Shown one piece after another: positions 1 to 11,229 of a stretch of 46,249 nt of DNA (its first letter is position 1; the number at the start of each line of letters is the position of its first letter). Under the pieces are notes generated by a model. The model was given only the letters and a program-made list of their open reading frames with translations. It did not search any database and was not told the DNA's origin. The translations under genes were made by a program, and so were the position numbers. This DNA is from Patellaria atrata CBS 101060 (lineage: Eukaryota): the NCBI GenBank assembly GCA_010093705.1, contig MU006094.1, positions 1 through 46,249 of the forward strand, written 5' to 3'.

Positions 1-129
1 AAAACCAAGTTCTGGTGCTACCTACACCTTTCTGTAACTTCATCCAATATCAAAAATCTGCAAGGTATTCTACGGATACGCGCAACATCAATAACTTTGA
101 ACAATCGTTTTAAAGACATTGCGCCGACA

Positions 130-741
130 ATGCCTACACTTGAACCTAGAAGATCGTACGTATTAGACGTCATATCCGTTTTCGGACGCGCATTTTCCGA
201 TTGACATGATGCTAATGATCCTCCTCTAGCTGTTACTACGATGCACTTGGTAGACTCCACTGCAGAGATTCCGCGTGGGATAGCTGGGCGCGTTGGGTCG
301 TCCTCGTCGTCCTCATCGTTCTCTTCGTCATCCTGTGCCTAGCATGCTCGTACGCAACCCTTCGAAAAAAAAAAATATCGCAAAGAATATAGGATCGCTA
401 ACAATCCAGCCAGGTGTCTAACCGCACGTCGCCGTCGCAAGGCTGGCAGAAATCCGTATTACGGTACAGGATGGATGGCCCGCGGGACCCATTATAACAG
501 CAATCAACAGCCCCACTATCAACAACAACAACAAGGTTGGGAGCAACCCGCGCCCCCTTATAGCGCATCGCCGGGACATCCTCATGGAGGCTACTACGGT
601 CAGCAGAATGGTCAACAGTACGGCCAGCAGTCCTCTGGTATTGAATTGCAAGCTCCTCAGCAAGCGTACCATGGTGGCGATAACGTCTACAACCCTCCCG
701 CAGGACCTCCACCAAACAAGGGAGATGGCATTATCAGATAA
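130..741 (+). CDS. RCR (chitin synthesis regulation / resistance to Congo red) family single-pass membrane protein
   Basis: Exons 130-155, 230-349 and 414-741, with GTACG..CTAAY..YAG introns. The spliced protein is MPTLEPRRSCYYDALGRLHCRDSAWDSWARWVVLVVLIVLFVILCLACSCLTARRRRKAGRNPYYGTGWM..., i.e. a W-rich motif, one TM helix, the RRRR..G..PYYGTGW signature, then a Q/G/Y-rich tail with a PPY motif and the typical YNPPAGPPP end. Confidence 0.88.
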
Positions 742-1467
742 GCTGCACCGATTCCATATACTAGGCCACGAGTTTCGGGCTTGGTTTTCAGGTTGGCCGA
801 ATGATGTGTGTGTAAACCTTACTCGGACTCCGGTATTCGGTCTGAGTTAAGGAGTTACACAGGCTAAGGTTGGCAACGTCGACGATTGATTCTTTCCAGT
901 TGTATGTTGCGATGATTGGCGGGAAAGCGTTCTCTAATTTGCTGCTTGCATTATTTCTCAAGTGGTTTGTAATACCTAAGTTCCTTTTGAGTTCCTTCCG
1001 TTTCCTCTTGTTTTGAGCGCTACAGTCAACTCAAAGAATAACAAAAAAAGCTACGAATTTTCCTCAATGTTGAACAGGTACTAATTTTTCTCTCCATTGT
1101 CTTGTTCTGAGATAGTCTGACTCCCACTCGATAAGTTATAGATGGATATATTTGAGCCTGGGTGTGGATTTCAATCTTAACTTCTGGACCTTTAGGCTAC
1201 TAATCCAATCCTTTCAGATTTATGAGATACTCTCATCATTTCTACTTAGTCAACACAGTAGCCAGGTAAAATGCCCTCGTCCCGAAACATCCAGAATGCC
1301 GGTTTCCGGCTTGTACATGACAAACGGCACCACAGCCAAGCAAGATCAGAGCACGACAGACATGCGCAAATCCCATTTCGGTAATACATCGCTAGCGAAA
1401 GAAGAATTATCGTCGAACGTCTTCGGGAAGCCGGCATAGTCTGTCCCTTTGTTAGCCGGTTGCCGTC

Positions 1468-1528
1468 TCCTAACCATACATTAAGGTACTTGTACTGTCC
1501 TAACCATACATTAAGGTACTTGTACTGT
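1468..1528. repeat. Perfect 30-bp tandem duplication (tcctaaccatacattaaggtacttgtactg x2)
   Basis: Identical units at 1468-1497 and 1498-1527, read directly. Confidence 0.95.
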
Positions 1529-2793
1529 ACTGTCCAAGCCATACATGCTTCACAATGCAGAAGATTCTTTTTTTTTGGGGATATTATGACACTCTAGCGT
1601 GTGTGTTTTTACGTGGGATATTACTACTGGCGCGAGAGGCATGACTACCCTTTTGGGAGTCAACCTTCCATTCCGTTCGTCGAACGTCTTCGTCTTCCCG
1701 CTCCTAGCCGCACGACCAGTCCGCTGTCGATACACCACCTTATCTACCTCACACTCGACTTACACTTAGCCACTCCAACCCAACACGATCCAGGCGTTCG
1801 AAGACCCATCTATCTGGTATGTTTGGCTGCTAAAACCTACTTTTCCTCTCTCCCCCTTTAATCACCTCAGCCTATCCACCATGAGCTGCCACCAATCATA
1901 TTTACCATAGTATAAAGTACCTACCAGTGGAAATGGAAACAGAAATGGGCAATAGAGTAAACCCCCTACTCAACCCAAATCGGGATACCCGCATATCGTC
2001 GAACGGCTCTCTGTCGGCCGTAACGTCTCGGCCGTAGCGTGGTGTTAGAAGATGTTAGATATGAGGAAGATACCTCGGGGTCAGGTATTAGGTTAAGCAT
2101 TTGTGTTTCGGAAGAAAAGAGAGGGGGGGTTGTGAAATACTTTAGTTTGGTTTTTTTTTGGCTGGGTTAGGTGTGGAGACTTAGGTTGGAGAAAGGGTGT
2201 GGGTTGTTTATGCTATAGGATATGTCAAATCTACGGTCGTTGATGTGTCTACGGATAAACTTATACCTGAATCAATCCATCTACGAGAGATTGGTTCTTC
2301 GATATGGCTCTGTGATATTTTACTCCACGATACTGATGCCTGAACGGTGGCCACGCAAAGTCGAGAGTGAGAGGTTAAAAGGAATGGAACTCTACGCATC
2401 GAATTCGCTCTTAAAACTTCCTTACGTCTTACCATAAAAGGAGAAAGCTTTTGTTCTAGCCCGGGTCACATTTGGCCACTGAAGCAACCTAACTACAAAT
2501 CACCGAAACAGGCCAGTAGTGTAAACCTCAACTCCCGAAAATGATATTACACCAAAAAACCCACGGACGCTATCGTTGTTCATATTACATATACTACAAA
2601 TTCCATAAAAACTCAAATTCCCTCCCATTTTTGGCTTCCTAAACTCAGGGAGTTCACTCAGTGACTTGCCACACAAGACCAGTAATTATGCAAGAAAATT
2701 TTCCATCGGTAAAGCCTCCCATCATCAATTTCCCATACTGACAACGCATACGGAACTTTTCTGATTTTTAGAATCCCTAATGTCCCAAAACCC

Positions 2794-5071
2794 CTAAGTC
2801 ATATTCGTAACATGCGTGTCAAAAACCTCATTCCTCCACCCACCTTGATCCCAATCATCAACCCTCTCCGCAGCCCTCTCCGCCTCCTCCTTCCACAACT
2901 TGACCACACTTCCAGGAGCATACACGCCCCTGAAGACACCCTTGCCAGGTTGCTCAACACCGATTCTGGTATAGAGATCCGGATCCTCTTCAGGTGTCAA
3001 TCTCGCCGCAACGGCCTTGAAGAACGTCACGAGATCATCCGGGTCGGCGATCCTGGTGGCTCGTAGACGTTCCCTAGCGTACAACAGCTCACGATTAGCC
3101 GCGTGGAGGAAGTCCGCTATGGCGTGCGCGAGCTGCTTCTCGATGATCTTGCGGAGGATGGGACGCAGGAGGGGTTTGATAATCCAAGCGAGCCAGGCAA
3201 ATTTCGATTTGCGGAGATCATAGTTGAGTTTATGAACGTGGACCCTCACAGCCTTGAGAGTCAGAATCTGCTCCATGCGTTCACGGGCGATCTCAAGATC
3301 AAGATGGATGTCGATGCCGCGGTCGTCCAAACGGAACGATGCAATACCCTCGTCCGCGAGACGGAGGATGCCGGAGTGTACACGCATCCAGAAGCCAAGT
3401 TCATCAGCGCGGAGAGAGAGGCCGTCGAGCTTGATGGTCATAAGGGACGTGATGGAAGAGGTGGTCCGGAAGCGAGCTTTACGAATTTCAAGGTCGTTGT
3501 GGGTCTCGACGCGAAGTTTATAGGGGAGGAATGAGGTATGGTTGATGGTGCGGCCAGGTTCGAGGATAAGATTTTCGAGGAGGAGGTCGATGTCCGGAGT
3601 GGAGACCTCAAGACGAGGGATGGGAATGTATTGGATCATTTCGATGAGGAGAGGGATGAAGACATTGATAGCATCGGAGATCAACTCGCCATTGGTGTAG
3701 CTGAAGCTCGGAGAGAGGATTCGCATGATCCTACCTGTGGTGGTAAGTAGATTCGCGACATCTTTGTCATTGAGGACCGACTTGAAAGTTGCCTGGATCT
3801 GACCAAGCAAAGCATCTGCATCATCACGTAGAGAAGACTCGGATCCTAGACGTTTTGACTTCTTACGTAGTTCTTGGAATTTCTCATCAGCATGCTCAAA
3901 GAAATCCGGATCAGTGAGAAGCTTCTGGGTGGAGTTGCCGATGTCAAGCATCAGATCTTCAAATTCTGGATCATTCTCACGATGCTCCATGAGCTTTTTG
4001 AAGCGATTTTCAAGCTCATCCCAATCCTTCTCATCGCCAAATGACTTTATGAACGTATAGAAGTTCTTCACAGCTCTATCCGTTTCCTCGTTTTGGTTGA
4101 CATCATCCTTTACAGTCTCAACTGTTTCCTGCACGGCACGGGAGTATACCATTGCATATCTCTTTAGCAGAAGGGATATGGTAGACACGGAATCGTTGTA
4201 GTCGGGACGTTTCCTAAGCTTTAGTACAGCTTGTTTCAGCCTGTTCACCAACGTCTCTTTCTCAGCACCATCCAACTTATCTGCTAAACTACTTTGTGCC
4301 TCTTTTGCAACATCGACAGCTCCATTTTGAACCACCTTTGCTACGTCAGTAACATTTTCGGTAAGCTCTTCACCCGATGGAGCAGGTTGAGAATCTGCAC
4401 CGGGTCCTTTTAGTGTGTCCTGCTCTGAAGTGGATGGTTCAATTTGCTTTGCAGTCTGTTCTGCCACATCTGAAAGCTTGAAAGCAGTATCTTTGAACAC
4501 CTCGCGGCCGACAACGTTGAGATCTGAGAGGAAGACTCGAAAGTCGGAATTGGTGAGGAGGAGGTTTCCAACGGTCTTTAGGCTTTGGTATGCTAGTAAG
4601 TTCGTGTTAGATTTTGCGTATTTTTACAGAAGTTTGTCAACTCATACCTGCTGCTGTGTCTGCTTTGACTTTAGCCTTAGAAGCTCGGGTGGCCAAGTCA
4701 TCGACATCAACGGATATCCTCGCCTTTGAGAAGTACCATATGAAATCCTGGATCTGGTCTTCACCGTTCTTGTGTTGCAAAAGTGAAATGAATTGGGCAA
4801 GCCATTGTTTGGTGAATTTGATGAGGAGCCGGCCCGACTCACTCAAATCTGGATTGTCGGAATTGAGGATATCTGCAGCTAGTAAGGTTCGAAGGTTGAC
4901 GATAAGCTGTTCATTTGATGGCATGAAACCCTTGGTAAGGGCTCTTATCATTTGATAGGAGTGAAGTTTCTGGTGCAGCTCTCTTTGCAGAACGGTGTCA
5001 TCACGATATTGAGGTAATAGCGGTTCCCGATCGGAAGCGCGTGGCTTTCGAAAGCCAAAGCACGAAGACAT
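2794..5071 (-). CDS. DUF4449 / BPI-like (TULIP-type) conserved fungal protein
   Basis: Exon 1 5071-4648 (MSSCFGFRKPRASDREPLLPQY...), intron 4647-4593 (GTATGA..CTAAC..TAG), exon 2 4592-2794 in frame with the 568-aa ORF. Motifs LLTNSDFR and YIPIPRLEVSTPDIDLLLENLIL are typical of this family. Confidence 0.8.
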
Positions 5072-6175
5072 GACCTATAGACCGGGAAGAAGGGTATTAC
5101 CGTGATGAGAAGAGAGAAGAGGATATTGTTTAGAGCTCCCTCTTGGTCGTGCTTGCCTGTGCACGAATGATGACGCAGCCGAATGGATGGGAAGGCACGA
5201 GAACTAGCTCTCTGATAGGTTGCAGCTTCCCTTCTCCGCTTCCCGTCATTGATCGATCAATGTCAGCCATTACCGTGTTTTCCTGTCATCCAACTTTGAT
5301 TTTACCTGAATAGAGTACGGTAAGGTACTGGACAAGTACTTGAATCCTGCATGAAGACTGAAGAGGAGGATGAGGGGAAAGAGACATTATTGAGAAGAAC
5401 TGTACGGAGTAGTATGCAGAAAATAATGAAGGTCTGAAAGAGGAATGATCCCGAAGATGTGCATGACCCCCCGTTACCCCCCATGGTACCCTCCACTACC
5501 ACCCCCCGTATCCCCCCCAGGAAGACCCCATGTGGGAGTACGAAACTGCGGCTTTTTTGGCCTGCAATTTTCAATCCCGATACTCGAAGATCGTAGCGCA
5601 ATATCAAGGTACTACCAGGGCCGCAAATTGAAAGCGGCAAGCTCGTTCGGCAAACTGTAGAGTACAGTACAGTATTTGAATTTTCATGTTTGTCGAAAGT
5701 TGAGATGGCATTCTTGAACAAAAAAGCTCAGTTCTGTATAAGGTTTTTGTATGGTTCTCCAAACACCAAAGAAGGTTAATTCAAAAGTCTTGAGGCCAAG
5801 TAGACCAAGCTCGATGCACGATTTCGTCTCCCAGAAATTCAACAGCTCAGACGCCTTTCACATGGCTATAATAAAGTGAACCTGCAAGCCGGGAAGTCTG
5901 CTTAAAAGTACCCACAGATGTGTACCTTGACCGCCATGTGAACTCGAGAGTAGAAAATGGTGAACCATCGAAAATTCTACTACAGGACAAGGTCATGATT
6001 GCACCACTTTCTCAACGTCCAACGTTATCTGTCCGAGATTGCTTTTGAGATTATCTTTTATTTCCTTTTTGATGTTTGCGATATGATTGACATGATAGAC
6101 ATGATTGACCTCGCATCGTACCATACAAGAGCAACAAAAGACTGAAAATAGTGCCGGACCGAATTTCTAGAACGT

Positions 6176-6831
6176 CCGGGGGTTACCGCCGTGCCACTGG
6201 CCACTTTTTCGTTGACTTCGTGAGACATTTTCAGCAACAGAGAGTGTGAGAGACTTCGGCCCTGAATGGAAACCACCCCCCATGCATTTCTGATAGAAAG
6301 CTCCCAAATGGTCAATTCTCAAGTGGCCAGGCTTGTAAGCACTTCAGCCATCGGAAAATGTCGTAGCGAAAAAAGTTGGTGCTAGAAAGTTACAAACAAA
6401 ACTTGTCGTCGATGGTCGATTTGTACTGTTACTACTGTACAATAACGTGGTTGGGTGATTAGCCAGTCGCTGCACGACCGATGGTAATATCCATCCATCC
6501 TGCCACGCTATTTAACTGTATGCATGATGGCATCCCGCATCCGAACAACGAAGTCGGAACGAAATCCTAATACAAAAATACAGTTAGTTTTCCAATACTA
6601 GACTGCTTATGGTAGTCTTTCTTAAGGCTGTTCTGGTAGAATAACTAGAATTGATGATCGGCTCCCCTCTACTAAAGCACACAGACCACATTTTGCTGGT
6701 ATTCTAACTGTTCTTGCAGGAAAGTCTTGGTGACGGCCGTCCCTCACCGTGTTTTGGTCAATCAATGAACCGTGAATAGAACCGGCGAAGGGGTTCACCT
6801 GTAAGCAACCTGGGGTTTCGGACTGACTCGG
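6176..6831. promoter_or_regulatory. Three CCG-N7-CCG / CGG-N7-CGG sites (AcuK/AcuM = AOD2/AOD5-type binding motif) upstream of the malic enzyme gene
   Basis: CCGggggttaCCG 6176-6188, CCGtccctcaCCG 6737-6749 and CGGactgactCGG 6819-6831, all within about 840 bp of the ATG at 7013. Confidence 0.6.
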
Positions 6832-7012
6832 ACTCTTCAACAAATTTCCAAACTCCAACTGCGTCGGTACTTTTGTAGGTCGAGCCGCCCGTTATTGCGG
6901 AGGAGACCTTGTCGTGGACGCCTCGAACAAGTTACACACACTATCGTGGCCAGATATTGAAACAACTTATTTTCTTTTCTGTAACCTTCAGCTCTAGCTA
7001 GAATTAGAGTCA

Positions 7013-9344
7013 ATGCTCAGATCAATTCCCTCAAAAGCTCGCCGTCCCCTTTCTAGAATATTATTTCTGAATCCCCCAATCCATCATCCATTCACTACTC
7101 ATACCAGAACATTTGCTTCACAGACAGCTCAGGTAGCTCAAGCAGAACCAACTCAACTTCAATCAGATTCAAACCAACAACACGCATCAACCATGGTTGC
7201 CTCAGGAGATTCTTATATTTATACTCGCAGTGACTATCAGTCCACGCCCATCAAGCAAGCTCCGGCGCCTGCTGCCAGCGTGGTCCCAGATGTTCACCCA
7301 GTCTCAAACAGCACATCCACCAGACAACTAAGCACAACGTAAGTCTACACAATTTCTCCTGGAACACCAAACCTACATATTATTTCCCTAATCATCCCCT
7401 ATGCCCGACCCTACGCTGAACATAACTCCCCGAAGCAATACCATATACCATACTATCCAAGCTCCTGAAGAAAAAAAAAAAAAAAAAAAAGAATAAAAAG
7501 ACTGTACTAGTTTCCTAAAGTAGCAATGGCTCACGTGTATAATAGAAGCGGTGACTACGATAACTCCAACCCTCATGAGGTCCGCAAATACCTAAGAACA
7601 TACGGTCTTACCCCTCCAGTCGTCGAAAGCTTCGAGGTCCAGGCGCAAAGATGTAAGAGACAAGCATACGGCTTTCCAGGGGATAACAATACTGATAATG
7701 ATCAGGTCTGCGTCTTCTAGCCATGAAGCCCACCCCACTTGAGAAGTTTCAATACCTCACCCACCTTAAAGCAAGCAATGTCCACCTTTTCTACAGGCTC
7801 CTGGCGGGCAATGTAAAGGTGAGTCACGATCCACCCCTCCCCCACCTTCCCCTTTTCACATCCACCCATCTAACCTCCCCAAACAGGAACTCACACCCCT
7901 TATCTACACTCCGACAGTCGGTGAGGCCTGTCAGCGATGGCACGAGATCTACACCCAACCCGAGGGAATGTACCTCTCCTGGGACGACCGGGGTAATCTC
8001 CATAATATTATCCAAAACTGGCCCCACAATGTTGAGATAACTGTCCTGACTGATGGCTCCCGCATTCTCGGTCTCGGTGACCTCGGCATCAACGGTATGG
8101 GTATCCCCGTCGGCAAGCTCGCGCTCTACACTGCCTGCGCCGGTATCCGTCCCGACGCGACCCTCCCCTTGACCCTCGACTTAGGTACCAACAACAAGGC
8201 CCTGCGTGAGGACCCACTCTACATGGGTAGCCGCCGCGAGAAGGTCACTGCGGAAGAAGAGAAGGAGTTCCTAGATGAGCTCATGGCTGCGCTGACTGAC
8301 AAGTGGCCCGGCATTGTCATTCAGTTCGAGGACTTCAAGAACCCCTTCCCTGCCCTCGAGCGTTACAGAAATAAATATACATGCTTCAACGACGACATTC
8401 AGGGCACCGGTGCTGTCATCCTCGCCGGGTTCATGAATGCCGTTAAGACCTCCGGCATCCCTGTCAAGGACCACCGCGCCATTTTCCTTGGCGCTGGCTC
8501 CGCCGGTGTCGGTGTCGCTAAGCAGCTCGTCGATTTCTTCGTCAAGGAAGGTCTCTCGGAAGATGAAGCCCGCCGCAGGTTCTACATCGTCGACTCCAAT
8601 GGTCTCGTGACCAACGACCGTGGTGACAAGCTCGCGGAGCATAAGCTCTACTTCTCCCGCGACGACAACCAGGGCAGGCAATACCAGTCTCTCTCCCGCC
8701 TTATTGAGTTCGTCAAACCCACCATTCTCATGGGTCTGTCGACCATCGGTGGCGCTTTCTACCGTGACATCATCGAGCGCATGGCCCGCATCAACGCCCG
8801 CCCCATCATCTTCCCCCTCTCCAACCCTTCCTCAAAGTCCGAATGCACCTTCGACGAAGCCATCCGGTACACCGACGGCCGTGCCATCTTCGCCTCCGGC
8901 TCCCCATTCCCGAGCTTCGAGTACGGCGGTAAGCTACTGACGCCAGGCCAGGGCAACAACATGTATGTCTTCCCCGGCATCGGGCTCGCAGCCATCCTCT
9001 CGAGGGCCAAGCACATCACCAGCGAGATGATCTACGCCTCCGCCGAAGCTCTATCCAACTCTCTGAACGAACAGGAGAGACGCGATGATTGGCTCTACCC
9101 CGACATCCGCCGCATCAGGGAGGTGTCCGTGATTGTCACCCGCGGTGTGATCAGGGCTGCACAGAGGGAGAACATGGATCGTGAGCATAGCTTGCGCAAC
9201 CTCACCGACGACCAGCTCGACACGTACATCAAGAGCCGTATGTACGATCCCTTCCGGGAAGCCGATTTGCTCGGGGACGAAGTCAGGCAGCTTTTGAACG
9301 GCGTGGGCGGCATGACGAATGGATTTCAGAAGCATCACCTATAG
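7013..9344 (+). CDS. maeA: NAD(P)-dependent malic enzyme (MaeA-like) with an N-terminal mitochondrial-type presequence
   Basis: Exons 7013-7338, 7546-7652, 7706-7818 and 7887-9344 splice in frame. Hallmark motifs are PLIYTPTVGEAC, TDGSRILGLGDLG, IQFEDF, FNDDIQGTG, GAGSAG, IFPLSNP and QGNNMYVFPG. The N-terminus is Arg/Ser/Leu-rich and lacks acidic residues. Confidence 0.95.
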
Positions 9345-9789
9345 GGGATAGAGGGTGTGGAGGCTCTTGATAACCTCTTCTATCGCTGCCGTGACTTGTT
9401 TGCCAGCGGTGTCTCTTTTTCCTAGCTCGACTTTGGGCGCTACAGCAGTCAGATCTTTTCCGGTTGAGGTTTCTGGGTTTTTTCGTTTGAGATGCCTATA
9501 TGACTTTCTCTTTTTCCTTTTTCGGTCTTGTAAAAGCGCTGTAGAACATTTGTCTTGTCACTTCACTGTGGTAATCAGGGGGGGGGTAGGGGATTGGTCT
9601 TGGGGCAAAATTCACCGGGTCATTAAAGTTTTTTCCTTTTGGAATGGAAAAAAAGGGATTGAAAGGGGTCGATGAGGGTAAAAACTGAGGGGTTGAGGGA
9701 AATCGGGATTAGGAATAGGAATAGATTCTGTCATCTGTTTACCATTTACCGTTTACCATGTATTTGACTTCTACCTTGGTTTGAGGGCT

Positions 9790-9889
9790 NNNNNNNNNNN
9801 NNNNNNNNNNNNNNNNNNNNNNNNNNNNNNNNNNNNNNNNNNNNNNNNNNNNNNNNNNNNNNNNNNNNNNNNNNNNNNNNNNNNNNNNN
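9790..9889. other. Assembly gap (100 N, probably a placeholder for unknown length)
   Basis: Run of exactly 100 n. Confidence 0.99.
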
Positions 9890-11129
9890 AATTGGAAATG
9901 TTTCCCCGGACCCCAAAAAACAGCATGCTCGATTCCTTCCGGTATTCCCCCGTCCGCACTGGAACGATCGGCAAGGTACCGTACGCGTCGGGTCTGAGAT
10001 GACCGCACGGGCCGTGGTATTACTTGCATGGTGTGTGGGTGAGGTAAGCAATCGATGACAACACAACACAGTAAGACCTACCCCCAACACGAGTACGGAT
10101 GCTGTACGGTCTCTTTACGAGCCCTCACATCAGCGCACCTTAACTCACTTTCTTTTCGGGAGGGTGGGTCTTTTGCATGCGTCCAACTAAGCTATGACCG
10201 ACAGACAGGCAAAAAAAAAAAAAACAAAAAACAAAGGAGCACAGCACGGCCCGGATCCGCATTCCGTAATTTTCCATTTCGAACCTTCCGGTTGGGTTTG
10301 AACGTGGGAGCGTGCGGTGGTGTTGGTTGGCATGGTAACGGAGCAGCCTGCGAGCCGAGGGTACAATGTGCTTTCGTCTTTCACGGGGATCGCGGGATGT
10401 TGGAAGCCGGAGGGCCCTTCATGTGCGCTGTGTACATCATCTCGAGTAGGGCAAGATGTGCATTTGTGTCTTGTGCTCTTGTTTTGACACAGCCGTGCCG
10501 TACGCTGTTGGGAGCCCCGTGACGCTGAGGTGGGTAGGAACCGGATCGGATTCCAGCTCAGTACGGCTCAGCACATGCCAATGCGTACGTACGGAGCCAC
10601 ATGCTAAACCACTTCATCAACATACATGTAAACAGGAGGGTGGCGGAGTATGGAAGTTGGTTTGGCTTGTTTTGAGGGCTACGGGGGATATCGGACAAGA
10701 TAGGCACCACATCAGGTACGCTAAGGTAGGTAAACGAGGCTGAAGTCGGACGGGAGGGAAGTGAGGTGGGTACTTTTAAGGTACTGCGGAACTACTGTAT
10801 GCAAGACTGGATTAGAATGGGGAGAATTGCGGGGATGAGGTGCTTTTGTGGGGGCACAGTTGAAATCTGGGGAAGAAGAGGGGGCATGTGGAGTCTTCGG
10901 GAGACTGGTGGATCCATCGTTGACCGCTCAACTCTGGGAAGGGAGGGGTACGGTTTAGTTCTATGGAGAACACGCTACCGCTTCTGAGATAGAACCGAAG
11001 TCGGGTGTAAATTTGGGTAGTGGTGTGTACTTCAGTCGTGGTTTGTTGATATCTCGGTACTGTAGTGTTTTTCGGGTGGGTATGTAATGTCACATGCAGA
11101 CATGCTAATACATTTCCCTTAGGTATAGA

Positions 11130-11229
11130 NNNNNNNNNNNNNNNNNNNNNNNNNNNNNNNNNNNNNNNNNNNNNNNNNNNNNNNNNNNNNNNNNNNNNNN
11201 NNNNNNNNNNNNNNNNNNNNNNNNNNNNN
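11130..11229. other. Assembly gap (100 N, probably a placeholder for unknown length)
   Basis: Run of exactly 100 n. Confidence 0.99.

Noticed and set aside
1966..2100. 44-codon - strand ORF (MLNLIPDPEV...) after a C/A-rich tract
   Set aside because: Weak start context and no motif. The tract is better explained as the G/T-rich 3' tail of a + strand transcript.
2164..2171. CCTAACCC on the - strand as a possible telomerase RNA template
   Set aside because: Only 8 nt and not the usual TAACCCTAA template of filamentous ascomycetes. No supporting structure is visible.
5302..5721. 139-aa - strand and 71-aa + strand ORFs in the DUF4449/malic enzyme divergent spacer
   Set aside because: They are driven by C/G homopolymer tracts and have no motifs or splice support.
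9739..10090. ORFs spanning the N-run (also around 11065-11406)
   Set aside because: Artefacts of translating through assembly gaps.
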